From: Candidatus Altimarinota bacterium
GTDB taxonomy: Bacteria > Patescibacteriota > Gracilibacteria > CAIRYL01
Direction of reading: 5' to 3'
DNA length: 64,000 nt
Assembly (NCBI GenBank): GCA_965250085.1
Contig: OZ252287.1
Coordinates: 800,001 to 864,000, forward strand
Positions within the stretch are counted from its first letter, which is position 1. Every line of letters starts with the position of its first letter. Shown here piece after piece: positions 37,740-48,075 of the stretch. The notes under the pieces are model-generated. The model saw nothing but the letters and a program-made list of their open reading frames with translations. It did not search any database and was not told where the DNA came from. The position numbers and the translations under genes are program-made.

Positions 37740-39488
37740 TTACGATGAATCTGTCCTTGAATCGTCCACCATTTGTACCTGTATCTCTTCCGGAAAAAAC
37801 GTTTTCAAATGATCAACTACAGCCGCTACCTGTTCTTCTACTTGTTTTGCTGCCTCTGCTCCTTGATTTTGATGCACTTCTTTCTGCAATTCCAGGATTA
37901 CCTTCCCTTTGTCGATAACAATCCTGCTCACTCTGAATATTATGCCATTGGGTGGCAAAATCGAGCTTGTAACATAGTATTCTAAGACATTGGCGAATAA
38001 CTCTTGAGTATGCTCATCGTCCCTAGCCGTCTCGTGATGAAGGATCCAGTGCATGACTTTCTGCACATACATTTTACTATCATCCCCTTTTAGATATGTT
38101 GCGTGAATATTTAGACCTTCTGGGACAACCTCATTCGCTGGAATAATTTCAACCAATTCTGCAAGAGCAAGAAATGCTCGTGCAGCAATTCCACAAGCAA
38201 CATAGTGCCTTCCAAAACTCTCTCTTTTCTGGAGTAAAAGCGCAATCGCTGTTTGTATTTCTACTATTGCTTTATCAGTGTCCGAACCCCATTTGAGGCT
38301 CTCGTGGAGAACTTCATTGCTTCTGTCCCGAAAAATTGCAGAAGGCAAGTTTACTACGACATCAGCAGTCCAATGTCTGATGTTTTCGGCGGTTCTGATT
38401 TCATGATTCACGGCGAATGGAGCAATCTCTTCAACGCTTTCTACCTCCCAGTCTTCGCCATATGTAACTATATTGTGTTCAAATCTAATAGTGCGAATAT
38501 TTAATGCCTTACAATCGTCTCTATCGAGAGTGGCTAATAACTCCTCCTGTTCTGCCTTTTGCAATCTACTTATAACAACACCAAAAACTCTATATGGGTC
38601 AGGATGTTTGAAACACTCTTCCAATAAAGTTTTTACAAGATTTTCTTTGCTTCTTAGGAGAGCTCGGACAGAGCCTTGTGCTCTGCCTGATATTGCACTC
38701 TCGCCTGGAAGGCCATTTCTTTTGGCAAACGTGGGTCGACCTGATTCATCATCAGCTCCCTGTACATAGATTTTCCCAAGAGAGAATCTGCTAAGTGAGT
38801 CAGCAAGGCTTTCTACCGTTATTTGTAAGCTTCCATCCCCTTTATATTGTTCTACTCTGACCACAGCTCCCTCTGTATTCACTGATACACTTTTTACTTG
38901 TTCTTCATCAGCTAGATAGCCTTCTAGGGTATCCTGAAAAAGTATTCTGATTTCTCCTGACTGTAGAAGGTATAAATTTTGCAACATGAGCTTCATTACT
39001 TGGTCTTTCTTGTCTTTCCAAATAGCTACTATCATTTCTTGGCGGGTTTGTGCTGAAACTTCTAACTCTGGAAGGAGGTCGAAAAGGCCTGAAAGTGCTA
39101 TTTTTCCTAAGTGTTCTTGAAAGAGATGTCTGTAATTGTTTATGTCTGACATATCACAATATTCGTGAACAGCCTTTATTGCGTTTCCTACATCGTCTCT
39201 ATGTTGATCAAGAATAGCTTGTATTGCTTCCCTCTCACTTGACGCTTGTTTGATTTTCTCTCGCATCTCTGTAATAGCTTCAGAAGGTATTCCTGTTCCA
39301 CCTTTTTCTAATCCATAAGTTCCCATATCTCCTTGTGATGTAATCGTAGCTTCTAATTTAGCTATTTCTTCTGGATAAATTTCTTCAGTTGATTTTCTTG
39401 ATTCAATAAGCCCGTTAAGCATTTCTTTCGCCTTTGACACGTATGACAAATTATTTATTGTCCTCTTTTGTGTGGCGGTTTCTGACAT
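37740..39488 (-). CDS. Hypothetical protein (~580 aa)
   Basis: Long ORF with N- and C-terminal coiled-coil-like segments; family not recognised. Confidence 0.75.
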   Translation of the reverse strand: MSETATQKRTINNLSYVSKAKEMLNGLIESRKSTEEIYPEEIAKLEATITSQGDMGTYGLEKGGTGIPSEAITEMREKIKQASSEREAIQAILDQHRDDVGNAIKAVHEYCDMSDINNYRHLFQEHLGKIALSGLFDLLPELEVSAQTRQEMIVAIWKDKKDQVMKLMLQNLYLLQSGEIRILFQDTLEGYLADEEQVKSVSVNTEGAVVRVEQYKGDGSLQITVESLADSLSRFSLGKIYVQGADDESGRPTFAKRNGLPGESAISGRAQGSVRALLRSKENLVKTLLEECFKHPDPYRVFGVVISRLQKAEQEELLATLDRDDCKALNIRTIRFEHNIVTYGEDWEVESVEEIAPFAVNHEIRTAENIRHWTADVVVNLPSAIFRDRSNEVLHESLKWGSDTDKAIVEIQTAIALLLQKRESFGRHYVACGIAARAFLALAELVEIIPANEVVPEGLNIHATYLKGDDSKMYVQKVMHWILHHETARDDEHTQELFANVLEYYVTSSILPPNGIIFRVSRIVIDKGKVILELQKEVHQNQGAEAAKQVEEQVAAVVDHLKTFFPEEIQVQMVDDSRTDSS

Positions 39489-39588
39489 GTAATGTGTGGA
39501 TGAAATTGACAAAAGTGCTGCGAATATATAATGTATATAGAGAGTGGCAAATACCACCATATGGTGATAATTACCACCACTTATTTGT

Positions 39589-39623
39589 CCCCCTCTTTTT
39601 CAAAGAGGGGTTAGGGGAGATTT
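39589..39623. repeat. Hairpin repeat
   Basis: CCCCCTCTTTTTCAAAGAGGGGTTAGGGGAGATTT. Confidence 0.7.
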
Positions 39624-39647
39624 CTTTGCTTTTGACTTTCAACTCTC

Positions 39648-40397
39648 GTGTATACTGAAATATTTCAACAAATCGGCTTGGCAAAAAATGAATCTCGTAT
39701 TTACGAGACCCTTCTCCGTGAGGGAGAGTCTTCTGTGGGTCATATTTCTACAAAATCAAAAGTGCATCGTCGCAATGTGTATGACTCCTTAAAAAGACTT
39801 ATAGAAAAAGGACTCGTGTTTGAAATCATTCAACGGAAAGAAAACCGCTATCAGGCGGTGGATCCTAATAAGCTTATGGAGCTTATTCAGGAAAAAGAAA
39901 TCAGGCTGGCAAAAGTAATGCCTCACTTGCAGGAATTGTATACAGGCACTCCCCATACAGAGGAGGTGTATATCTATCGGGGTCCTGAGGGATGGAAAAA
40001 CTATATGCGAGATATGCTCCGCATTGGCGAAGATGCATACTTTATTGGAGCCAAGGGAGGATGGTTGGACCACCGTGTGAAACATTTTTTTCCGCAGTTT
40101 ATCCGCCAGACCAAAAAGAAAAAAATGAAGTTCTATCACCTCTTTGATCATGAAGTAAAAACTCAGTGTCCAGAGATTATTCAGTATATCGGGAAGAACT
40201 ATAAATTCTTTCCTAAGGGATATTCAACTGGTGTAGCAGTCGATATCTTTGGCGATCATGTTAATATTATCTCCGAAATGAACTTGGGGGGCTTAGTCGA
40301 AGAGTTTTCTGTAACAGTTATTATAAACAAACATATTGCAGATGCATTTCGGACTTGGTTTCAGTTTATGTGGGATTTTTGCCCTGATATACAATAG
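39648..40397 (+). CDS. TrmB-family transcriptional regulator
   Basis: IGLAKNESRIYETLL..ISTKSKVHRRNVYDSLKRLIEKGLV..YQAVDP wHTH; EVYIYRGPEG and PLD-like effector domain. Confidence 0.88.
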   Translation: MYTEIFQQIGLAKNESRIYETLLREGESSVGHISTKSKVHRRNVYDSLKRLIEKGLVFEIIQRKENRYQAVDPNKLMELIQEKEIRLAKVMPHLQELYTGTPHTEEVYIYRGPEGWKNYMRDMLRIGEDAYFIGAKGGWLDHRVKHFFPQFIRQTKKKKMKFYHLFDHEVKTQCPEIIQYIGKNYKFFPKGYSTGVAVDIFGDHVNIISEMNLGGLVEEFSVTVIINKHIADAFRTWFQFMWDFCPDIQ

Positions 40398-40419
40398 TTT
40401 TATTGCTTTTTTCTCTTCA

Positions 40420-40719
40420 TTAAAATGGATATATAGCAGGGTTTGCTCCGAGTTTTAAAAAGAGTTGACCGAGTAGGGAGTTAAGAAGTGCCAAGAACAA
40501 ATATGCCAAAATAGGAGAAAGGTCGAGCATTCCCAATCGTGAAAACCTGAGTTTTTGAATAGGTCTTAAAATAGGATTTGTGACATCAGTAAGGAACTGA
40601 GTGAATCTTCCACGAGGAATCGGAAACCATGAAAGAATCACTCTTAAAAAAAGAAAGAGAATGAGGAAATCTATAATATATCGACTGAAGATGGCAAGAA
40701 AATCTATAGGATTTTGCAT
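40420..40719 (-). CDS. YggT family membrane protein
   Basis: RVILSWF, DVTNPILRPI, GMLDLSPI. Confidence 0.9.
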   Translation of the reverse strand: MQNPIDFLAIFSRYIIDFLILFLFLRVILSWFPIPRGRFTQFLTDVTNPILRPIQKLRFSRLGMLDLSPILAYLFLALLNSLLGQLFLKLGANPAIYPF

Positions 40720-40734
40720 GCCTGCAGTATAAAA

Positions 40735-42213
40735 CTATTTCAGTACTTGTGGAATCCGAATCAATGAATGCTTTGTTCCTACTGTAATAGTGACTCCATA
40801 TGGAGGGTCCGCATCCTTCTCTGTTTTTGGTACTGGAAGAGGAACCAGTTCCGAAAGAAAATATTTTCTCAGGAGTCTCGCCAGCTGACGATTGTCATGA
40901 GTGTCGACAAATTGTATTTCCGTTTGTTCCAATGTGACGTCACTATTGTTTACACGGGTAACAGGAATGCCAAATCGTTCCAAATAAACGGCTGTTTCTC
41001 CCGCGAGTCCGGTTATTTTGGTGCCATTAAAGATAGAAATTTTGAGATCTCTGGTGTGCCATCTTTTTCGAAAGATATTATCTGCAAATATACGAATACG
41101 TTCATATTTGTTGTTTGTGAGGTTTAAGAAAGGAACAAGAACAAATGCTCCTCCATAGAGCTCTCTATCAGGCGTTACCAAAAAACCTCCTGGTTTTGTT
41201 TCATCATTATTGAGCCCAAAAGAAATAACTTTTTCTGCTGAGAGAGTAGTTCCCAATTCTGCAAATGAGATCATTTCTCTAAGAGAAAAATCTGTTTTTA
41301 CATGTCCATCTACTAAAGAATACAGTTCTTTTATCTTTGAAGGTGATGTTAAAATTTCTCTGGAAAGTGCTTTGTTTTGAATAGCGGTAATAACCTTTCT
41401 CTGACGTTTGGATCGCTCGAAGTCAGAGCTCCCATGACGAGACCGTGCATATTTGAGTGCTGTTTCTCCATCAAGATGCTGAGCTCCTTCTTCGAGAAAA
41501 AAATGTTCATACCCCCAATCTTTATTTGGATAAAGCTCATCATCAATTGAGCTCTCCACAATAACATCTATTCCTCCAAGAGCGTCTACCCCTTTAGCAA
41601 AACCACTAAAGTCAACTTGTAGGTACCGATGAATATCAATATCAAATATCTCATTGAGCTCATCCTTTAACACTTGTACTCCTTCATTGTATCCCTCATC
41701 TTTTGCTTCTGCCTTGTAGGCCGTCATTACATCACGAATGACCTCGTTTATCCTGCCTTGTGTTACAGCCGTTTGTACATAGAAGTCACGTGGAATAGAA
41801 AGGAGGACCGCATTTTTTTGTTTCTGATCAACACTCGCAATCATAATGGTGTCTGTGAGTGTTCCACCGGAATGCTCGTCTCCTCCAACTCCCAGCAATA
41901 ATATGTTGGTGTGTCCATATTGATCTTCGGGTAAGTCACTGCCTACTAATCCCAGAAGGTCTGAGGTTTCAAAATGAGTAAAAAATTGAAAAGCACGAAT
42001 ACTTACTTCTCCTATCAAAATGAGAGCAAATATGATCCCTGCAATACTTAGCAATGCTCGTATTCTTCCTCTTCTCTGGCGTCGTTTTGCAAAAAATTGA
42101 AACGGCGCGGAAATGCTTTGCTTACACTTTTGAAAAAAAGAAAGACTCAAACGAGAAAATGCCTTTTTCCTCTGAGATGCTCGAATATTTCTCTTCTGAA
42201 ATGTCATGTCCAT
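40735..42213 (-). CDS. LytR-CpsA-Psr (LCP) family protein with LytR C-terminal domain
   Basis: NILLLG, TDTIMI, LSIPRD, VDALGG, ALKYARSRH..SDFERSKRQ, IFNGT..GLA. Confidence 0.92.
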   Translation of the reverse strand: MDMTFQKRNIRASQRKKAFSRLSLSFFQKCKQSISAPFQFFAKRRQRRGRIRALLSIAGIIFALILIGEVSIRAFQFFTHFETSDLLGLVGSDLPEDQYGHTNILLLGVGGDEHSGGTLTDTIMIASVDQKQKNAVLLSIPRDFYVQTAVTQGRINEVIRDVMTAYKAEAKDEGYNEGVQVLKDELNEIFDIDIHRYLQVDFSGFAKGVDALGGIDVIVESSIDDELYPNKDWGYEHFFLEEGAQHLDGETALKYARSRHGSSDFERSKRQRKVITAIQNKALSREILTSPSKIKELYSLVDGHVKTDFSLREMISFAELGTTLSAEKVISFGLNNDETKPGGFLVTPDRELYGGAFVLVPFLNLTNNKYERIRIFADNIFRKRWHTRDLKISIFNGTKITGLAGETAVYLERFGIPVTRVNNSDVTLEQTEIQFVDTHDNRQLARLLRKYFLSELVPLPVPKTEKDADPPYGVTITVGTKHSLIRIPQVLK

Positions 42214-42350
42214 CAGAAAATCTTTCCAAGAGTAACACATGAAAATTAATTTTCAATTTCCAATTTCTAATTTTCACATGAATTCAAATTTTTCTGAAAT
42301 ATTGAACTCTTGCTTGTTTTCCAGTACCATTTTCCAGCTCTTTTATCTTC

Positions 42351-42427
42351 GCCACGGTAGCTCAGTTGGTAAGAGCGCAGGATTCATAACCCTGAGGTCG
42401 GCAGTTCAAATCTGCCCCGTGGCACCA
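42351..42427 (+). tRNA. tRNA-Met (CAT), probably elongator
   Basis: Cloverleaf with GCCACGG/CCGTGGC acceptor stem, GCTC/GAGC D-stem, TTCATAA loop, GGCAG-TTCAAAT-CTGCC T-arm and encoded CCA; paired 1:72 argues against initiator. Confidence 0.95.
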
Positions 42428-42458
42428 AAAAAACTATTTTTCTTTTTCTTCAAATTTT

Positions 42459-43718
42459 ATGAAGTATGTTCTTTTCATCTTCTGTGCATTTATTTTTTTG
42501 AGTGCATGTTCTCATAGCAATACTCAGACCCCGAATGAAGACCAGAATGATCGAGAGAAAAATATCACCATGAAAGATGTAATGTATATGGAAGGAGAAA
42601 ACAGCGCCATGGGATATTTGGCAAAACCTGAGGGAGAAGGTCCATTCCCAGCAGTGCTTCTGATCCATGAATGGTGGGGGCTCAATGAAAATATTCGCCA
42701 AAACGCAGAGCGTTTTGCTGAAGAAGGTTATGCAGCTCTTGCCGTTGACTTGTATAATGGTTCATCTGCCACAGATCCTGATGATGCACGGAAATTGGCA
42801 ACGTCTGTCAGAGAGGATATGGACAGCGCATTTGAGAATCTTACAAGTGCCATCGCTTACCTTCAAGACCTTCCGTCTGTTGACGCAAACAGAATGGCAT
42901 CAGTAGGGTGGTGTTTTGGGGGAGGATGGTCATATGAAATTGCCAAAAATAATCTGGGGGTTCAGAGCTCTGTGATCTATTATGGACAGTTTAATCCCGA
43001 AGATGATTTGTCTCAGATGCGAGCTAAAATATTGGGGCATTTTGGAGAAGAAGACGCTTCTATCCAAGTAGATACGGTGAAGGAATTTCAAGCAACGCTT
43101 CAGACGCTCTCTGGTTACCATGAGGTCTATATTTATCCAAATTCCGGACATGCGTTTGCCAACCAGGACAATGATAATTACAACGAGCAGTCTGCAAATA
43201 CCGCTTGGGAGCGGACACTCAATTTTTTAAATCTCCATGTAAAAGCCAAAACACTTACTGTTGAAGCAGATAATACTTGGTATGGCTCGGTGCTGGTGAG
43301 AGGGTATCCAGAAGTGGTACAGATTATTGATCCTCAGTGCACAGAAGATTGTGAGAAAGAGGAAGTGCAATTTCACTTGCTCCAAACGAGTCGCCCTGAT
43401 TTTAAAGAAGTCTTGGAAACACATTCTGAACTTTTTGCTCAACCCAACACTCTTCGTCTTGGATGCGTATCCGAAGGCAAAATAAAATACTCTAACTTTT
43501 CAGACGACGGAGAAGGTGTGCCCATTTTGGAATCTGCACAAGACAGCCCTGTAGAGATAGTACAGGGCTTCTTTTTAAATAGTGAAACTTCTTCAGCAAT
43601 TTTGGATGCAACTCAGGAGAGTCCTATTGCCCTTAAACTCAAAAGACTTCGCCTTTCTGAAGAACCAGAGGAATATCCTGTCTGCTACTCGCATTTCACT
43701 ACAATGGGAGTGCTTTAG
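42459..43718 (+). CDS. Lipoprotein dienelactone hydrolase family protein with C-terminal extension
   Basis: LSAC lipobox; HEWWGLN, GWCFGG, HFGEED, GHAF. Confidence 0.88.
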   Translation: MKYVLFIFCAFIFLSACSHSNTQTPNEDQNDREKNITMKDVMYMEGENSAMGYLAKPEGEGPFPAVLLIHEWWGLNENIRQNAERFAEEGYAALAVDLYNGSSATDPDDARKLATSVREDMDSAFENLTSAIAYLQDLPSVDANRMASVGWCFGGGWSYEIAKNNLGVQSSVIYYGQFNPEDDLSQMRAKILGHFGEEDASIQVDTVKEFQATLQTLSGYHEVYIYPNSGHAFANQDNDNYNEQSANTAWERTLNFLNLHVKAKTLTVEADNTWYGSVLVRGYPEVVQIIDPQCTEDCEKEEVQFHLLQTSRPDFKEVLETHSELFAQPNTLRLGCVSEGKIKYSNFSDDGEGVPILESAQDSPVEIVQGFFLNSETSSAILDATQESPIALKLKRLRLSEEPEEYPVCYSHFTTMGVL

Positions 43719-44116
43719 CGGGGAAAAGAAGTGATTATGATCGCCATCACAATAATGCGAATGAGATCATATCCCATGTCAATCAGATATACTCTGAGGG
43801 ATTTTTTCGGCCAAATGAAATATGGAATACTTCCTATAATCATAAATCCCAGCCATATCCAGAAAGCAACTATAAGTGCATCAGGAATGACCGTCATATG
43901 AGCATAGTCCATCATGTATACCAAGATAAAAGCTACTACTAGAGCAGAGCAGAAGGAAATAAGGAGCCACCACCAAAAACTCGTAAGATCTTCTTCTTTT
44001 TTTCCAGTAAGTTGCATCCATGACTGCCCAAAAAGTGGTCCATACCAAGCCGACCCGAGTATAACGTCTGCCACTGCCGCAACAAAGAGGGCTAAAAAAG
44101 GGGGTTGAAAATCCAT
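43715..44116 (-). CDS. DUF1761-like membrane protein
   Basis: LGSAWYGPLFGQSWM, FWIWLGF, LIDMGY. Confidence 0.75.
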   Translation of the reverse strand: MDFQPPFLALFVAAVADVILGSAWYGPLFGQSWMQLTGKKEEDLTSFWWWLLISFCSALVVAFILVYMMDYAHMTVIPDALIVAFWIWLGFMIIGSIPYFIWPKKSLRVYLIDMGYDLIRIIVMAIIITSFPR

Positions 44117-44243
44117 ATTTTTGTCAGAAAGGAAACAAAAACATGATACTTATTTTTCTCTGTTCTATAAAGCACTCCGAAAGAAATGCTCTCCTTTAGT
44201 TCTCTATTTTTCTCGAGTACAATACACTCATTGTCTTCTGAAT

Positions 44244-44993
44244 ATGACCCTGCAAAAAGAAAAGATTCGCCACGTAAAGCATATTCTGAAGATATCTCTT
44301 CTTGTTTTTTGGATGCTGTGTTTTGTGGCGGGTATTGTCGGAACTATTTATTTTTTACGAATCCATACTCCTGAAGAAGCTATTGTTCTTATGGAGGGGT
44401 TTATTCGTCAAAATACTCTTGGGATTATTTTTGGAGCATTCGTACTTTATTTTGTGCGTTCAATTATCTTTGTTCCGGTTTCTGTATTGGGAGCGGCACT
44501 TGGAATTGTGCTAAGTGACAACCCAATACTTGCCATCAGTATTGCAGGTATCGGAGCATTCTTATCGGCAATTCTTTCTTTTGGTATTGCAAGAGCTCTC
44601 GGACGAGAATGGGTTGCAGAGCACGAATCCGATCGATTGAGATATTTTGACGAAAAAGTAAAAAAACGTGGATTCTTTACTATTCTTATTCTCAGGCTTC
44701 TTCTGTTTATTCCGTTTGACCTTATTAATATTCTGAGTGGAGTCTCTGGCATTCGACTTGTCAGTTATGCTGCCGCAACATTTATTGGCATCTGGCCAGA
44801 AGTTGCCGTACAGGTGCTTATTGGCAGTGCCGTGCTCAATCCAAAAAACATTATATTTCTCATTGCCATAGCTCTCGCCATACTCGCTTTAACCTACTTT
44901 CTCAAAACTCATTCCCATTTTCGCGATATTTTGAATCCTAAAAAGCAATACAAAAAACTCAAAGAGAAAAGACAACAGAAAAAGTCTTTATAA
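44244..44993 (+). CDS. TVP38/DedA (VTT domain) membrane protein
   Basis: FGIARALGR, LRLLLFIPFDLIN, ATFIGIWP. Confidence 0.88.
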   Translation: MTLQKEKIRHVKHILKISLLVFWMLCFVAGIVGTIYFLRIHTPEEAIVLMEGFIRQNTLGIIFGAFVLYFVRSIIFVPVSVLGAALGIVLSDNPILAISIAGIGAFLSAILSFGIARALGREWVAEHESDRLRYFDEKVKKRGFFTILILRLLLFIPFDLINILSGVSGIRLVSYAAATFIGIWPEVAVQVLIGSAVLNPKNIIFLIAIALAILALTYFLKTHSHFRDILNPKKQYKKLKEKRQQKKSL

Positions 44994-45033
44994 CAAGTCT
45001 TCTCGTTCTGTCTCTGTTGAGCTTTGTCTTTTA

Positions 45034-45759
45034 TTAGTAGTACGCTTCCATAAAAATATGTTTTTTTGTAAAATTTTTCTCCTCTGTCAGAACACGGGTT
45101 ACGTCTTTTACCATGGGAGGAGATCCGCAAAGATATATATCTTTGCTCTGCAAATATTCTGCGGATTTTTGAGCAATATATTCAGTGACCATTCCTTTTT
45201 TTGCAACTACTTTTTTGAGATCTTCTTTTTCTGGATCAGAGAGGTAAAAAACATAATCAAAATTGGGGACCGTGTTTTTAAATTCAGAAATTTCATTCAT
45301 ATATGCAATATGGTCAGCCGTGTAGTTCCCAAATATCAATATATTTTCCCCAGAAGATGTTTCTTTTTTCAATTCTTCCAAAAATGCTTTTATAGGAGCT
45401 ATTCCACTTCCAGTTGCCATAAAAATTTTATCCCGCTTCGCATCCTGTAAGGCAAAGTGTCCAAATGGACCCCGAAACGTTATCACATCATCAACTTTCA
45501 GATTATCCAGATACGTGCTCCCTACTCCTTCTGGAATAATTTTGGCACAGATTTCAAAACAAGGGAGTGTCTTTGGCGAAGTCGCGAATGAATACGCTCG
45601 AAATACTTTTTCTTCAATTTTGAGAGAAAGAAATTGTCCAGCTTGAAAGTGAAATTTATGATCTTTATGAAGCTTCACTTCAAATTGAAATACTTTCATT
45701 TCTTTTGCTTCATTGCGCACATCCTGTAAAACCGCCTGAAATTCGGGAATAGAAATCAT
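45034..45759 (-). CDS. FAD/NAD-binding oxidoreductase (FNR-like)
   Basis: FQAGQF, RAYSF, GVGSTYL, GPFG, ATGSGIAP, YLCGSPPMV. Confidence 0.9.
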   Translation of the reverse strand: MISIPEFQAVLQDVRNEAKEMKVFQFEVKLHKDHKFHFQAGQFLSLKIEEKVFRAYSFATSPKTLPCFEICAKIIPEGVGSTYLDNLKVDDVITFRGPFGHFALQDAKRDKIFMATGSGIAPIKAFLEELKKETSSGENILIFGNYTADHIAYMNEISEFKNTVPNFDYVFYLSDPEKEDLKKVVAKKGMVTEYIAQKSAEYLQSKDIYLCGSPPMVKDVTRVLTEEKNFTKKHIFMEAYY

Positions 45760-45880
45760 GATGTGAATGGAATGAAAAGTTGAAGGATTCGCGTTGTGCT
45801 CCTCCTCTCTTTAGAAAAAGAGAAACTGAGGAGAATCTTATCCTGAGAATTAGAGCGTGTACACCATAAGTTATTCTCTT

Positions 45881-46894
45881 TCATTCTTTCGCCTGCCATG
45901 ACAGCACAAAAACAAAAAGTCCTACAAAACTGAGAAATAGGAGTTTTCCTAACGTTTGTAAATACAGACCTGAAAGCCCTAATAAAGTAGAAATAAGAAG
46001 AAAAAGAAGGAGTGTTTGCCTTTCGGAAAACCCCCGCTTTTTGAGCTGGTCATGTAAATGTCTTCTGTCGCCTCCTTTGAAAGGCGATTGACCAGATTTC
46101 AAGCGATGAAAAATAACACAAAAGGCATCAAATACAGGAATTGCTAGAACTAAAAAAGCTGTTGCTATTTTTCCTCCGGAAAAAATAGAAAGTACTGCTA
46201 TTAAAAACCCTGAAAACATCGCTCCAGTATCACCATTCAGAATTTTCGGAGGAGCGATATTAAAAAATGTGAAGCCAAAATTTGCCGCAGCAAACGCAAA
46301 ACACATCGTCGCCAGAACTGGCTGATCTACAACTGGACTCAGAGACAAGGCGCCCAAAAATATTCCTGCCAGCACAGAGGTTCCTGAGGCTGCTCCGGGC
46401 ACTCCATCTAGCCAATTCACCGTATTCATGAGTCCTACACACCACAGTACGGTCGCAACTGCTGCAATCAATGGTGAAAGTTCAAATGCCATCTCTCCAA
46501 ATGGATTGGAGATATAGATTATTTCAGTTCCGGTTGAAACAAGAAGTATTCCCAATAGTATCTGTAATCCCAAACGAAAAACGGGGTGTACTCCTTTACG
46601 GTCATCCCAAAATGAAACGATTGCTAATAGTATAATTCCCCAAATAACTCCCCATAATTGAAGATCAATTGGAAAAAATAGTACCAGAGAGAGAAGAAAG
46701 CTTAGAACGATCGCGACTCCTCCTGGGTATGGAATGGGGTTACGATTGTGTCCGTACTTTTCTGGAAAATCCAAAATATTCCATGTGGGGAACAATTTGT
46801 ATACTCCTAGGCTCAACACAATACTCAGCGCTAATGTGCTCAGTGGTATTAGAATGAGCATATTGCCAAATTCGGAAAAAATCTCAGAGAACAT
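45881..46894 (-). CDS. WecA/TagO-like undecaprenyl-phosphate GlcNAc-1-P transferase (GT4)
   Basis: PYPGGVA, WDD, NTVNWLDG, GDTGA, DRRHLH. Confidence 0.9.
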   Translation of the reverse strand: MFSEIFSEFGNMLILIPLSTLALSIVLSLGVYKLFPTWNILDFPEKYGHNRNPIPYPGGVAIVLSFLLSLVLFFPIDLQLWGVIWGIILLAIVSFWDDRKGVHPVFRLGLQILLGILLVSTGTEIIYISNPFGEMAFELSPLIAAVATVLWCVGLMNTVNWLDGVPGAASGTSVLAGIFLGALSLSPVVDQPVLATMCFAFAAANFGFTFFNIAPPKILNGDTGAMFSGFLIAVLSIFSGGKIATAFLVLAIPVFDAFCVIFHRLKSGQSPFKGGDRRHLHDQLKKRGFSERQTLLLFLLISTLLGLSGLYLQTLGKLLFLSFVGLFVFVLSWQAKE

Positions 46895-46931
46895 AATACT
46901 CCCAAAATCTTGCACAGATTTGTAGTTTTGT

Positions 46932-47585
46932 CTATGAAGACTCCTCGAGAATTCTGGATGCAAGCTCTGGATCTTGGTCTAAAAGAAGGGAAAGTGCTAA
47001 CTTGTTTCCTTCTATGGGCAATTTGAAAATAAGATTTTTTCTTAATTCTACTATTACGGATGTGATGCTTTCACTTTCTTCCACTGATCCACAAACTTTG
47101 CCGCCAAGAACCTTCTCTATGTCATCGACTTCATCAGGAAGTGTAATATCTGCTCTTACATAAAATATCTGCTCATTCGTTCCTCCTGGTGAAACATAAT
47201 TTTTTTCACCAGTATTTATTTCTCGCACTTGAGTAATCCATTCTCTTTGTATTGGAGTCTCCTCGCACAACTCATCTTTTGCCATCTCTAAGAGAGTTTT
47301 TTCTGGTTTCTCTAACGATCCAGCAGGAAATCCAAGGAACTCTTCTGCGGCACCAGAACGGTATTCATTTCCTAAAATGGTATAGATTTTTCCTCTGTGC
47401 TCGATAACAGGGATTATTATAACGCTATCTTGGCGAAGGAATAATAGTCGATCTCGTCCATTCGGAGCTTGCGTTACTACCACTTGCATGAGTAAATTAT
47501 CTCCTACTTTTACTTCCCTCAAGACTGTCGTAGGAAGTTTTTCTCCTTCTTTTCTTTGATACCATTCAGAGATTGCTTTCCTCAT
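46932..47585 (-). CDS. NUDIX hydrolase (ADP-ribose pyrophosphatase-like)
   Basis: EYR..FPAGSLE....AKDELCEET, YVSPGGTNE. Confidence 0.8.
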   Translation of the reverse strand: MRKAISEWYQRKEGEKLPTTVLREVKVGDNLLMQVVVTQAPNGRDRLLFLRQDSVIIIPVIEHRGKIYTILGNEYRSGAAEEFLGFPAGSLEKPEKTLLEMAKDELCEETPIQREWITQVREINTGEKNYVSPGGTNEQIFYVRADITLPDEVDDIEKVLGGKVCGSVEESESITSVIVELRKNLIFKLPIEGNKLALSLLLDQDPELASRILEESS

Positions 47586-47732
47586 TGCTCAAGTTTTTAA
47601 TTTAATCAAATTTTAACCAATAAATATATTTTGTCAATCGCTTCCGCATACTGTTGACTTCCCTGTATCTCCTTTGTAAACTGCTCTGGCTCTCATTTCA
47701 GGATGAGAATATTTTTTTGAAAGTACGTTCCC

Positions 47733-48050
47733 ATGTCACAATCTCTTACTCAGATTCAAGAAGCTGAAAAAAAGGCAGCAAAAATAAAAGCTGCTGCAGA
47801 AGAAAAAACACATAGAATCATTGTCGATGCAGAAGAAAAATCGCATCAAGACTCCAGAAAACACAAGGAATCTCTCCATGAAAAACAACGTGCATCATTG
47901 ATGAAACACAAAGAAATATGCGCCGAGAAACTCGAAAAAACAGAAAAGCAAATGACTGCCTCCTTGATGTCTTCCAAAAAGAAGTGGGAAGGAAATGTTC
48001 AGAAGGGAGCGGACTTTTTGGTGAAATCATTCGTAGAATACTTTTCATAA
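47733..48050 (+). CDS. A/V-type ATPase subunit H/G (peripheral stalk)
   Basis: IQEAEKKAAKI coiled coil; first gene of the operon. Confidence 0.75.
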   Translation: MSQSLTQIQEAEKKAAKIKAAAEEKTHRIIVDAEEKSHQDSRKHKESLHEKQRASLMKHKEICAEKLEKTEKQMTASLMSSKKKWEGNVQKGADFLVKSFVEYFS

Positions 48051-48075
48051 AATTTGTAATCTGTAATACCTCTTC

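Noticed and set aside
42351-42427. tRNA as integration site of an island
   Set aside because: No duplicated tRNA 3' end or integrase was seen nearby.
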